A stretch of 64,000 nt of DNA from a virus. The notes beneath the pieces were generated by a model that was given only the letters and a program-made list of their open reading frames with translations, did not search any database and was not told the origin of the DNA. A program made the translations under genes and the position numbers. Location of the stretch: positions 96,001 to 160,000 of the IMG/VR virus record IMGVR_UViG_3300042197_004429; one strand, written 5' to 3'. Shown here in pieces: positions 48,755 to 58,923 of the stretch (its first letter is position 1; each line of letters opens with the position of its first letter).

Positions 48755-49699
48755 GTGGGCAAACTAGGGCTTTGCTGCATTAGTCTGAATCTCCAAGAGC
48801 GTGATCCGCCTTTGAAGTTTCAAAAAATGACCAAGACACGTTTTCTTGCTTTGCCAAAAGATGAAGCAAGGACAATTCTTGGCGAACGAATTCTAAACAA
48901 TATTGTGGTCACTGACGAGGCCATTAAATATTGTGCTGAGAACGACTATTGCTATAGAGTTAGCAGCGATTTGTTTCCGCTAATTACTTGTGATGAAGTT
49001 TCAACATCACTATCAGATTTGCCAAATTACGAACAGATTGAGCAATCGTTTGATCGGCTAAAAAATACAGTGTTGACAAGCGGAGTAAGAATATCTGCGC
49101 ATCCCAGCGAGTATAATGTATTGGCTTCAACCAACACTGCTGCCGTAGACAAGACGATTCAAGAACTTAATTTTTATAGTCGTTTCTTTGATCGCATTGG
49201 TTGTGAAGCAAGTCACGTTAACCCCATGAACCTTCATATCAACAACAGAGCCGGTTCAAATGATGAAGTGATTGATCGTTTTTTGTCTAACTTCGAAAAA
49301 CTTGATGACAATTGCAAGTCTCGTTTAGTAGTCGAAAATGATGACAAACTTAATTGTTGGAGCGTTCGACTATTGATGGAGTTTCATGAAAAAACTCGTT
49401 TGCCGATCACTTTCGATTATCTTCACCATGCTTGTCATCCCGAAAATATGACTGAAGAAGAAGCGATCAAGGCGTGTTTCGATACATGGGACACCAAGCC
49501 ATTGTTCCATTACAGCGAAAGCAAAGAGGGCAATAACCCTCGTGCTCACGCTGATTATGCGATTAACAAATTTGACACTTATGGCTTGGACTTCGATTGT
49601 GATTTTGAGTTAAAAGCAAAAGATAAAGCGATTCAAAAATACACAGAACAATTCGTTGAATCTTTGTTGCTTGAGGAAAAAACCTATGTATGTTCTTGA
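48755..49699 (+). CDS. uvsE: UV DNA damage endonuclease
   Basis: LG.CC, YRVSSDLFP, SAHP.EY.VL.S, LVVENDD, FDYLHH, FHYSES, HADY, FELKAKD.A. Confidence 0.93.
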   Translation: MGKLGLCCISLNLQERDPPLKFQKMTKTRFLALPKDEARTILGERILNNIVVTDEAIKYCAENDYCYRVSSDLFPLITCDEVSTSLSDLPNYEQIEQSFDRLKNTVLTSGVRISAHPSEYNVLASTNTAAVDKTIQELNFYSRFFDRIGCEASHVNPMNLHINNRAGSNDEVIDRFLSNFEKLDDNCKSRLVVENDDKLNCWSVRLLMEFHEKTRLPITFDYLHHACHPENMTEEEAIKACFDTWDTKPLFHYSESKEGNNPRAHADYAINKFDTYGLDFDCDFELKAKDKAIQKYTEQFVESLLLEEKTYVCS

Positions 49700-50289
49700 T
49701 GGTGTTTACATTTTAATTCAAAATAGCAAACCAGTTTTTTGGAAACAAAAAGGACCAGACGGCAACGAAGTGACTGGTTTAGTAATTGCTCTAAATCACA
49801 AAGATGCCAAACTTTGGAGTGATTGGTTTTACGGGAGATTTAAAACAAAAATTAGCCCTTATCTCGTAGGATCACAACACGAATCTGATAATTTAAATTT
49901 GGCCGTGTGGAATGCTCATGACTTGGGTTCTCAGTTTGATGTTGTTTTTGTTTTTGTTTTAGATTTTAAATCTGGAAAGCCTAAGTTTTGGTTTGTTCCT
50001 CCGGAGCAACTTCAAGATATTTTGCAAAACAATTAAATTAGAGATTGAAAACAAACACATGAACACAAAGCCTAAATTTGTTTTAATTTGTGAACACGAT
50101 AATGCTAAAGTTAGATACTTTGGTCCATATGAATCCACAAATGATGCCGAAGTGGTTGCTAATCATTTTTCTTACGAAAACACTCCATACCACTTATGCA
50201 TAGTTGAACTAAGTTTGCCAACACAACAGACGATTGTTGACATTAAAAAACAAGATAACAATATTTAAATTTAACAAAGGAGAAACAAC

Positions 50290-51111
50290 ATGGGAATGTT
50301 TTCTTGGTGCTGCAAGGGTTGCGGTCACGAAATTAAGACAGATGAGTTTGTTCGAATGAATGGTTGCGTCGGAGTTTATGATGGTTACGGAAGAGTTCCA
50401 GGCTCAGGTTTTGACGGATCGTTGTGTTCAAAAGACCCATCATGTTGGCACGAAGTTTGTTATCAAAAAGCAACAGTAGAACAAAAACTTGATGAAGCCC
50501 CTAGCGACCAAGCTACCAACCAAGGCTTTGGATACTCTGCTCTTGAATTCATGGAAGGATATGATCCTAGAGTAGAAACAACATTTGAGGCAGTTATTTT
50601 TGTAGATCATTATGATCAAGAAACAAAAAATATTTCCAAGTGGGAATATTACATCAACAAGATTGATGACAACTTTGTCTTACGTGATGTTTGCGATTAT
50701 CGTAATAAACGTGATGAATTTGATAGCGATGTATTAGATGCTATTCCCGAGTTTTGTTTACACAACAAGACCGGAGAAGAAATGTACCTTATCAGCCAGC
50801 AGCGGATTGATTTCATTGAAAAGTCAGTTGGCCCCAATCCCAAAAAACTGTCGGTGGTTTTTGATGGACTTGAAAAAGCAAAGTTGATTGTTGATAATTG
50901 TTTGGAACAATTACCACACCCAGAATATGGATTTCATTTGATTATTTTGGGAAAACAAGGTAAAATATGCGGTCAATGTTACGAAAGAAATCGCACCCCT
51001 GAATTTAAAAAAGTTTTCCATCAGGACGGGGATGATTTTGATTTTGTAAACACGGGCAAATTCACAGATGAAGTTGTGTATGTTCAAGGCATCAAGCGTG
51101 CAAGACATTAA
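50290..51111 (+). CDS. Hypothetical protein with N-terminal CxxC
   Basis: SD AAGGAG; MGMFSWCCKGC. Confidence 0.65.
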   Translation: MGMFSWCCKGCGHEIKTDEFVRMNGCVGVYDGYGRVPGSGFDGSLCSKDPSCWHEVCYQKATVEQKLDEAPSDQATNQGFGYSALEFMEGYDPRVETTFEAVIFVDHYDQETKNISKWEYYINKIDDNFVLRDVCDYRNKRDEFDSDVLDAIPEFCLHNKTGEEMYLISQQRIDFIEKSVGPNPKKLSVVFDGLEKAKLIVDNCLEQLPHPEYGFHLIILGKQGKICGQCYERNRTPEFKKVFHQDGDDFDFVNTGKFTDEVVYVQGIKRARH

Positions 51112-51361
51112 TCAACCTAAAGAATTAAGAAAAATGTTAGATGTTGCTCCAATTGAAGATTGGGCAAACACAGATATCCTTGGCGTAGTAGGTTCTGCTT
51201 TTGAAAACGTGAATGGAAAAACAACAAACCAGACAAGAAGTTGTGATTTGTTTGGTTGTGGTGGCACAAGAATAATGGTCACTTGGCCCGATGGAAGTGT
51301 TACTTGGCCTTGTTGTAATGGAATTGTTGTCGAAAAAAATCATTTGCGAATAATTTAACTA

Positions 51362-51402
51362 TATTTTTGTCAAAAATTACTCTTTTATTTTTGACAAAAA
51401 TA
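51362..51402 (+). terminator. Perfect 16-bp inverted repeat, probable terminator
   Basis: tatttttgtcaaaaat-N9-atttttgacaaaaata, then gcaggttttt. Confidence 0.6.
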
Positions 51403-51672
51403 GCAGGTTTTTATGCGAATTACATATCGAACACTATCTCAATTAATTGATAAACTATCTGAGGAACAAAAAGATAAAGAAGTCACTGTAGACGTTTGGG
51501 ATGGAGTGACTTTAGAAACTTATGGTGCTGAATTTAGAATAGTTAATGAAAAACATGAGTCACTCGATTCCGACCACCCAGTTATTTGTGTGAACCAAGT
51601 TGATGATTTAGGAAAAGTAGTAAATGACGTTGATTGGATTTCTAAATCAATAGGAATCATAAAGGACTAAAT

Positions 51673-52086
51673 ATGAACATTAGCGATTTAGATATTGAAA
51701 ATTTATATTATCATTTAGCACATAATTTTAATTATCGTTGTGATCATAAGTTGGTTCAAGAGTTTGATTGGATTGTTTCCAATCTGGAACCTCATGGCAC
51801 GCCAATTTATTTTGATACGTTACTAAATAAAGTACAATTGACTCAGGGCGTTGACAATTTAGATTTTGAAAAACCTTCAAAAAAACATTTAATTGCTGGT
51901 TTGAAAAAATTGTTAAAGCATGATCTTGTTGAAATTAATGGTGAAATTAAACACATACAACACGTTCCAAAAAAATTACCCAAAAGAACTGCTCAAAAAA
52001 TTAATGAGATTAGTTTAATTGCCAAAAAAACAAAAAGAGTAAAGAAAATAAAAAATGCTAAAAGAGGTGGGGAGAAAAGTGCATGA
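51673..52086 (+). CDS. Winged-helix-like protein, paralog of 52083-52340
   Basis: WIV...P.YFD.L..KVQ...KPSK..L.AGLK.LL...L pattern shared with the next ORF. Confidence 0.55.
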   Translation: MNISDLDIENLYYHLAHNFNYRCDHKLVQEFDWIVSNLEPHGTPIYFDTLLNKVQLTQGVDNLDFEKPSKKHLIAGLKKLLKHDLVEINGEIKHIQHVPKKLPKRTAQKINEISLIAKKTKRVKKIKNAKRGGEKSA

Positions 52087-52340
52087 TTGATTTAGAAAAA
52101 AATTGTTATTCGTTACACCCTCAATTCAACCCTGCCCACAGATCGGTTAAGATCTACAACTGGATAGTGAATCAAATCAAAGAAGAATCACACCCGGTTT
52201 GTTTTGATGTTATATTTTCAAAAATTCAACATGATTTTGAAAATAGCATTAATAAAGAAGAGCCTCCATCAAAGGAACAAACCGTGGAGGGTATTAAAAA
52301 TTTGCTATCCGAGAATTTGATAATTGTTGATACCAACTAG
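52083..52340 (+). CDS. Winged-helix-like protein, paralog of 51673-52086
   Basis: YNWIV...PVCFD.I..KIQ...PSK...EGIK.LL..NLI; stop codon supplied by the 12-bp motif. Confidence 0.55.
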   Translation: MIDLEKNCYSLHPQFNPAHRSVKIYNWIVNQIKEESHPVCFDVIFSKIQHDFENSINKEEPPSKEQTVEGIKNLLSENLIIVDTN

Positions 52341-52503
52341 GGTCCGAAACAGGAAACCTTCATGTCTTTTACTTGGGGCGAAGTGAGCAAGTGGTCTAAA
52401 AACCACGGTTACAAAATTAGTCGTAAAGAAGAAAAGTTTTATGCGACCAATACGGACACAAGCGAAATTCAAGAATGTTGTTCGTTGGAAGAGTTAGTTA
52501 AGT

Positions 52504-53088
52504 TTGTGTTTAACCAAATATCCAAAAATCAGTGGGTTGAGCATCAAAAAAACTATGAGAAGCAAAAAAAGTAGTCTTGGACCAATTTTAAGTTTTGTTG
52601 AGGTTGCTCAAAATCGAGGTTGGAAATACGTTCCATGTATGATTGTTCAAAACGGTCGCAGAGTTTGTAATCCAGAAGCGATTCGTTTGAACGACGGAAT
52701 ATATGCTACCATTGTTAGTCCAGATGGTGTCACTAAGGTTGCCTTGGATCACACTTTGATATATTATCACAATGGTAATGTTTGGCGAGGAGACCCAACC
52801 GATGTTAGGCAAAATTTAATTATATTTGCTGCTTTGGTTGTTGAACAAAGTCACCGCAAAAGCGGTCATGCGACTCACGCAATGAAAAAATTGTTAGAAA
52901 TTGCCAATGATCTCAATATGGTTGTTATGTTAGAAGCGTCCCCGATTCAAAAATTTTCTTCAAAAACTAAAAACATCACACAAAAAAAGTTGATACGTTG
53001 GTACAAAAAATTAGGATTCGTAGCAGCGTATCCCAATCAAGGCGAACAAATACTTTGCCACCCCGCTCCTCCAGTGGATACTAACTAG
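52504..53088 (+). CDS. GNAT-family acetyltransferase
   Basis: LVVEQSHRKSGHA (R..G.A) and LIRWYKKLGF. True start probably downstream of 52504. Confidence 0.75.
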   Translation: MCLTKYPKISGLSIKKTMRSKKSSLGPILSFVEVAQNRGWKYVPCMIVQNGRRVCNPEAIRLNDGIYATIVSPDGVTKVALDHTLIYYHNGNVWRGDPTDVRQNLIIFAALVVEQSHRKSGHATHAMKKLLEIANDLNMVVMLEASPIQKFSSKTKNITQKKLIRWYKKLGFVAAYPNQGEQILCHPAPPVDTN

Positions 53089-54617
53089 ATTTTTGTTCTT
53101 ACCAAGAAAACACAAACATGAATTATGACATTCTTTACGTTGCTGATGGAGAAATTTTTAAAGTCGGCCCCTTTCTGTCTGAGGTGGAGGCAATAGAATA
53201 TATTCGCAACAACAACGGTGAATCAGGTGAGTTTGATATAAACAATCAACATATTTATATCATTGATTCGCAACTTGGATTAAATGAAATTTATCTAGAA
53301 GATTTGGGTGAGGTCGATGATTAAAAAGACAATTAAAAAATTACATCAAGTTCAGCCAGGGGAGGTTTTTGAATACGTTCATCCTCTTGTTCCGGGTATA
53401 GGCGGAAAGTGCATTCGTGTTTTTGGCACGAAATACAATGTGTTATGCTTGAACAGTTTTCAAGTTGGCATGAGTGATTTAGGCGAAGAAGTCAGGATCA
53501 TAGGTAAAATGAATTATAGTCTTTTTGAAGAAAGTGTTAATTCAAGATTCGATGAATTATTTGCTGCCGCTGTTGAGGGTTTGGTAGAGTATTATGAAGA
53601 ACTTGAGGATGCGAGTCTTGTTTTAGAGATTAAAGAAAGAATCGAAGACATAGACACAGGTAATGATCAGAATGATTATGTGTCTATTAAAAATTTAGTT
53701 GAGAACCAAGTTCAAAATTGGATTGTTGACAAACGATTTATCTAATTATTCAATAGAAAACTAATATGAGAAAGTATCAAGTAACTTTAGTTAGACGAGT
53801 TGGAAAAGTAGTAAGCACTTTTACTATGGATGTCTCTGCAAGTAATCGCAGAAGTGCCGCTATGGGAGCCGAAAGTTCAGCAAATAAATTTGATCCCAAT
53901 GATGATCAAAAAAAGTTGACAGGCAGAGGTTGGAAAACTCAGAAGGTGGTTTCTTCAAGCGATACCAACTATGAAGCACAAGGAGAAAAGAATGACGATT
54001 AACATGGTAGTAGCCGCTAACGGATTCGACGGTCCAGATTTTTACTTTTGTAAAGTAGAGTGCAGCCAAGAGCAATATAATGACGGAGAACATTATGATG
54101 CCGCAAAGCGTGCAGCACGTGGTAACGGATACGATGATCCAATGGTTGCTTTTGATGAAAATGATTCACCATCTAAAAGTTTTTTCAAATTGTTTGAGTG
54201 GAAAACAGCAAGCACCCACAAGGTCTGAATGTTTTCCAGACGTTGCACCGTGGTTGGACAACCCATCTGATTTGTATGATGAATTACCCACAGAAGACGT
54301 TGCGTATGATGAATAGGAGATTATCGTGATACGTGCAGAAGTTCATAGTGATGATTTTGTTTTCAAGACTAACTTTGATGCAACTCGATGGTTTGAAAGT
54401 GCGTCAAATGAAGAGTTGATTAATTTAATAAATTGTGGATTTGGAGGAGATTATCCAGCCGATGATGTTGCTCGTTATTTTGCAGAAACAAACGAAGATG
54501 TTGCCGATGTTTTTGATTATTTGAACATTAAACCTGTTGGTTTTGAGTGTCACGTTAATGTGAACGATGCAGAAGATTGGATTAGGATTAACCGCCCAAA
54601 TTTGAAAGATCATATAG

Positions 54618-55925
54618 ATGACTAAAACACATCACTTTGATTATGTTGACAAGATGGTACTTGATCTTCGTGCCACAAGTGGCACGATAGAGAAAGAAAA
54701 TATTATCAACGATTATTGCAACCGTAACACAGCAGCGGCTGTTTTTGCTAAGAATATTTTGCTTTATGTTTATCATCCAATGTGGCAATATAACGTCACA
54801 AGTGATAATCTCAAAAAGAAAAATAAACTCAGAGGCAGAGACTTTGGCGATATTTTCTTTTTGTTGAATGCTTTAAAAGATCGACAAGTCACGGGGCATG
54901 ATGCTATCGGTGCTGTTAATACTTTTGTAGACAATCATTCCGAGTATGAAGACCTGATTCATTGTATTATTGACAAAGATCTTAAAACTCGTGCTGGTGA
55001 TAAGATAATCAACAAGGCGATCCCTGATTGGATTCCTGAGTTTAGCGTGGCTCTTGCCGAGAAGTACGAGCCTGAAATTGTTGATTGGCAGGATGGTTGG
55101 TATGTTAGCAGGAAACTTGACGGTTGCCGATGTATTGCTGTTGTTGACGATAATAGCAATACTGTTTTTTATTCCCGTGCGGGAAAAACATTTGATACTC
55201 TTAATCGTGTTGCCAATGGCATCAGGACTCTTGGTGTTAAGAATGTAGTTTTTGATGGTGAGTTGTGTCTTATTGACAAGCATGGAAATGAGGATTTTCA
55301 AGGAGTTATGAAGGAACTCCGAAAGAAAAATCATGTTATCGAAAATCCTTCTTATAAGATTTTCGACATGATTAGTCACGATGAATTTTACTCCAAGAAG
55401 GGCGATTCACAGAAACGATATTCACATCGTTATAATAATCTTTTGAATATTGTTCAAAAAATCTCCCACCTGAGTGTTTTGGAGCAGGAAAAAATTAATA
55501 ATGACGATCACTTTTTAGAGTGGACAACAAAATCAAGTCAAAATCAATGGGAAGGTTTGATACTTCGTGCTGACACTCCATACAAGGGCAAAAGAAGCAA
55601 AGAACTTTTAAAGTATAAAAGTTTTTGTGATGATGAATATGTTGTTTTGGATGTTGAAAATGGTCCATTCCGTTATGTGAAAAACGGAAAAGAGGTTGAA
55701 GAAAAAATGTTAAGTTGTGTTGTTATTGAACACAAGGGGCATAAAGTTCGGGTTGGAAGTGGCTTTACCATAGAGCAACGTCAAGAATTTTTTAAACACC
55801 CCGACAGGTTGATAAACAATCAAATCACTGTACAATACTTTTCAGAGAGCGAGAATCAGCAAGGTGGATTGAGTCTTCGCTTTCCGACTTTCAAGTGTTT
55901 GCACGGCAAAAAAAGGGAAATGTGA
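54618..55925 (+). CDS. ATP-dependent DNA ligase
   Basis: SRKLDGCRC, FDGEL, IFD, WEGLILR, LLKYK, VRVGSGF, SLRFPTF. Confidence 0.95.
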   Translation: MTKTHHFDYVDKMVLDLRATSGTIEKENIINDYCNRNTAAAVFAKNILLYVYHPMWQYNVTSDNLKKKNKLRGRDFGDIFFLLNALKDRQVTGHDAIGAVNTFVDNHSEYEDLIHCIIDKDLKTRAGDKIINKAIPDWIPEFSVALAEKYEPEIVDWQDGWYVSRKLDGCRCIAVVDDNSNTVFYSRAGKTFDTLNRVANGIRTLGVKNVVFDGELCLIDKHGNEDFQGVMKELRKKNHVIENPSYKIFDMISHDEFYSKKGDSQKRYSHRYNNLLNIVQKISHLSVLEQEKINNDDHFLEWTTKSSQNQWEGLILRADTPYKGKRSKELLKYKSFCDDEYVVLDVENGPFRYVKNGKEVEEKMLSCVVIEHKGHKVRVGSGFTIEQRQEFFKHPDRLINNQITVQYFSESENQQGGLSLRFPTFKCLHGKKREM

Positions 55926-56536
55926 ATGCAGGATTACTGGACTGATCTTGAATCAAGAGCGGCAATAAATTTGATTTGTGCTTTGGACGCAGAGATAGTA
56001 GCCAAACAACAAACTATTTTGCTGTGCTGCGATAAAGATTTTCCAGAAATTTTTAGGCAAAAAATTTGGGATTCAATAAACAATCTGTCTCTTGAAACAG
56101 GGTCAGGTCGCATACAAGATAATGTCGATTTTTACAAACAATCAAAAAGAAGTTTGTTGCTTGGTTCTCTTAAAAACATTTGGCAAGAAATTGAAAGCAA
56201 AAACTATCCAACACGCTTTGGTATGCTCCTAGGTGATCCTGCAAGCAATCTTGCTGCTAGAGATTCGTATAACAAAGAAATGGAAGAATTTGACATTAAA
56301 CAAAGTGGCGAAACCAAATAAACAATACCAACTAGTAGCAGACAGTTTATGATTTTCTTGTTTTTATTTTTCTTGGTGATTGTTGCATTTGCAAATCAGA
56401 TTGCTCAATACTATCGGTACAATCTATTTCTTTATAAAAAAGAAATAGAGCAACGAGAATACGCAGAGTTTCAACTACAGATGCAGCGTGAACGTGCTAT
56501 TCAACAATTGAACAGAATTAGAAAATACTACGAAAA

Positions 56537-57184
56537 TTGACCATGATCAAAGTTATCAAACCACTACTGTGTACTAAACAGCATTATTTTGTTGCTGTTA
56601 GCATGGGCGTTGATAGTGTTGCTGCTTTGTTTTGGTTAAGATCTAAAGGATATTCTATTACTCCTTTGCATTTTAATCATAATTTACGTGCTCAAAATGG
56701 AACAATGCACGAACGATTTCTGAGTCTTTGCAAAGACTTGAATCTTAAGTGTGAAAGCGATATTGGCGTTGCACTCAAAACCGAAAATGATTGCCGACAA
56801 GCAAGATTAAATTTTTATTCAAGAGTTGCTAAGGGTGGAACAGTCATCACAGCCCACCATTTGAATGATTGGGTTGAAAGTTATCTGCTTAATTGTTTGC
56901 GTGGTCATCCTCGTCATAGCCCAATTAAATTTAAAAGTAAGTTTGAAGAATTTGATGTTGTTCATCCTTTTCTTTTAACTAGAAAAAAAGACTTTGAGCA
57001 ATATCTTGTTCGAAATAAATGGGATCACTATGTTGTAAAAGATGAATCGAATTTAGTTTCAAAAGGAAGCAGAAGAAACTGGATTAGAAACACTATTCTT
57101 CCACAAATGCAATCCCAAAAATTATCACTCGAAAAATTTGCCAGAAAAAAGATTCAAACAATGCTGGTAAAGATCGAACATTGA
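56537..57184 (+). CDS. tilS: tRNA(Ile)-lysidine synthetase, minimal catalytic domain
   Basis: VAVSMGVDS (PP-loop variant), HFNHNLR, R..R..F, TAHHLND..E, HPFL, DESN, RRNWIRN; lacks the C-terminal domains. Confidence 0.85.
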   Translation: MTMIKVIKPLLCTKQHYFVAVSMGVDSVAALFWLRSKGYSITPLHFNHNLRAQNGTMHERFLSLCKDLNLKCESDIGVALKTENDCRQARLNFYSRVAKGGTVITAHHLNDWVESYLLNCLRGHPRHSPIKFKSKFEEFDVVHPFLLTRKKDFEQYLVRNKWDHYVVKDESNLVSKGSRRNWIRNTILPQMQSQKLSLEKFARKKIQTMLVKIEH

Positions 57185-57202
57185 TTTTTAAGATTTTTTT
57201 TC

Positions 57203-57230
57203 TTGACATCTTTTTTTTAGCCGGTAAAAT
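57203..57230 (+). promoter_or_regulatory. Putative sigma70-type promoter
   Basis: TTGACA-N16-TAAAAT upstream of the small membrane genes and the tRNA. Confidence 0.6.
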
Positions 57231-57253
57231 GCTCTCAGTGTTCGATTCCTTTT

Positions 57254-57445
57254 TTGAAAGAAATTAAGATGGACGAAAAAATGGTTGGCAAGGTTTGCTT
57301 TTACCTTGGCTTTGTTTCGATTGCAGCAAGCATTGCAATCTGGTTTTTGAGCAAAGATCCCGACGCTGCTCATGGCGAACGATTTGGTATTTTTGTTGGG
57401 CTTTGGGCTCCTACATTTTTTGCCTTGGCAAATAGATGGAAGTGA
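57254..57445 (+). CDS. Small two-helix membrane protein (paralog A1)
   Basis: SIAIWFLS...FGIFVGLWAP. Confidence 0.7.
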   Translation: MKEIKMDEKMVGKVCFYLGFVSIAASIAIWFLSKDPDAAHGERFGIFVGLWAPTFFALANRWK

Positions 57446-57509
57446 GATAGAATAAGTTTGATAAAATCAATTCACAACACCTTTTTTAGTTTAAATTAGA
57501 AAGTACAAA

Positions 57510-57665
57510 ATGATGAGTCGATATTTTTTTATTGTTGGAGCGTTCCTAAGTTTTCTTCTTAGTGTGGGAATTTGGTTCCTTTCCGGAAACGAAAGCCAAG
57601 CAATTTTTGTAGGAATATGGGTGCCAAGTATTCTTTGTTTGGGAAGGTATTTCGACAATGCCTAA
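57510..57665 (+). CDS. Small two-helix membrane protein (paralog A2; not in the ORF track)
   Basis: MMSRYFFIVGAFLSFLLSVGIWFLSGNESQAIFVGIWVPSILCLGRYFDNA*. Confidence 0.7.
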   Translation: MMSRYFFIVGAFLSFLLSVGIWFLSGNESQAIFVGIWVPSILCLGRYFDNA

Positions 57666-57864
57666 CCCTGTGTTATTTGTTTGTGGCTTGATCGTAACTC
57701 TTGTAAGCGGAATGGGAGTTTTGATTTACATAACAAGTCTAGGATACAAAGAAAAAAAGAAATATCCGGTTGAACCGGACATTGATTTGGGGGCACACGA
57801 TATTGATGCTAAAAAATTGAAATCATCCCTAGACAGTTTCATTGAAATACCATCAGTATCCTAA
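57658..57864 (+). CDS. Small single-pass membrane protein (paralog B1)
   Basis: LFVCGLIVTLVSGMGVLIY..LGYK. Confidence 0.65.
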   Translation: MPNPVLFVCGLIVTLVSGMGVLIYITSLGYKEKKKYPVEPDIDLGAHDIDAKKLKSSLDSFIEIPSVS

Positions 57865-57881
57865 GAAGAAGTGAGAAAATT

Positions 57882-58145
57882 CCGAAGGTAGCAAAACGGT
57901 TAATGCAACAGACTCATTTGAAAAAGTGCCATACGAGTGGAAACTTCGTATGGGATGGCATCAAATTCGGTGAAACCTAAATGCGAAAGCACATGGCAAT
58001 GCCGAGCGAAGCCCGCAAGGGAACGTGTAGAGACTTGACGGTGCCCACCTAAGTTGAAAAATAAGGTGAAGGCAAAGTCCAAGGAGTGATGAAAATCACA
58101 CAAACTTGAATCTGTAGACTGTGGGTTCGAATCCCACCCTTCGGA
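57882..58145 (+). tRNA. tRNA with CAU anticodon (probably Ile2, otherwise elongator Met), interrupted by a group I intron
   Basis: Exons 57882-57917 and 58109-58145. Acceptor ccgaagg/ccttcgg, D stem gca/tgc, anticodon stem acaga/tctgt with loop CT-CAT-AA, T arm gtggg-TTCGAAT-cccac, discriminator A; CCA not encoded. Confidence 0.92.
57918..58108 (+). ncRNA. Group I self-splicing intron (IC3, Azoarcus-like), 191 nt, no ORF
   Basis: P1 cat-tt-GAAA-aa-gtg with U.G at the splice site; P2 ccatacgag/ttcgtatgg; P4 ttcgg/ccgag; P7 region gagact/aagtcc; P8 cacct/aggtg; P9 gtgat-GAAA-atcac; terminal G. Confidence 0.92.
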
Positions 58146-58326
58146 CTTGTGTTTGATAAAGCATAAAAACTTTTTTAGTTCCTAAATTTTTGACACTAAC
58201 TAAAGGATTGGTAAAAAATATTTAGCAAGCACTACTTTATCATCATTTATTCCCCTGGTTTTGTTTTGGGTGTTGGTCTTGTCGCAATTTTTGTGTCCAG
58301 CACTCTGTGCTAAAGGAGGTGCTTTG

Positions 58327-58431
58327 ATGGATAATTTTTTGTTGTTTATATGCGGAACGGTGATATCATTAATTTCAGGGATGGGTGTGTTAGTTTATAT
58401 GGTTTTTTTGGGCTATAAAGACAAGGATTAA
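58327..58431 (+). CDS. Small membrane peptide (paralog B2; not in the ORF track)
   Basis: MDNFLLFICGTVISLISGMGVLVYMVFLGYKDKD*, SD AAGGAGGT. Confidence 0.65.
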   Translation: MDNFLLFICGTVISLISGMGVLVYMVFLGYKDKD

Positions 58432-58632
58432 ATTATATGGCAAAATTTAAGGTTGAAATTTGTCGAATTGGTTATGGATTCAATGAAATAACAGTGGATG
58501 CTGCTAATCTTGAAGAAGCCAAATATAAGGCTTTAGAACAGGCTGGCGATTTGAGTTTTAGCGAAAAAAGTAGTGAATATGAAGTGAACTTTGCTGTTCA
58601 GTTAGAAAGAACCCCCAGTAAAGGAAGATAAG

Positions 58633-58923
58633 ATGTTCGATCAAAAAATTGGTTTTGAAGGTGAGTACGCAGTTATTCCTCAAAAAATGCAAGATAGTAT
58701 TCTTGCTTATGTTTTTGATCATGTTCCAGTCGGTTCGTTTTTAGAAGCAGTAATATGTAATGATTTGCGTGGTGCGGTTGGTCGTGCCGACGCTGAGAAT
58801 TTGCCTTTGCTTAAATTGTATGTGCAATGGTTTTTTAATGTTTGCCCACAACTTTGTGTGGGTGCAGAGAACTATAAGATTCACTTGAAAAACAAGAAAG
58901 AAACGGTTCTTAAAGTTGTTTGA
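58633..58923 (+). CDS. Hypothetical phage protein
   Basis: PVGSFLEAVICNDL..AV.RAD..N pattern recalled from other phage hypotheticals. Confidence 0.6.
   Translation: MFDQKIGFEGEYAVIPQKMQDSILAYVFDHVPVGSFLEAVICNDLRGAVGRADAENLPLLKLYVQWFFNVCPQLCVGAENYKIHLKNKKETVLKVV

Noticed and set aside
45811-53088. TACTAAC (yeast branch-point) within motif variants
   Set aside because: Phage-like prokaryotic context with no spliceosomal intron signals; coincidental.
54226-54316. Possible stranded gene tail (ECFPDVAPWLDNPSDLYDELPTEDVAYDE*) with a small internal repeat
   Set aside because: No matching parent gene found in the window; cannot be supported.
57900-58103. 67-aa minus-strand ORF over the intron as a homing endonuclease
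   Set aside because: No nuclease motif; it is antisense to the structured RNA.
57882-58145. tRNA as initiator fMet
   Set aside because: The 1-72 pair is Watson-Crick and the anticodon stem lacks three consecutive G-C pairs.
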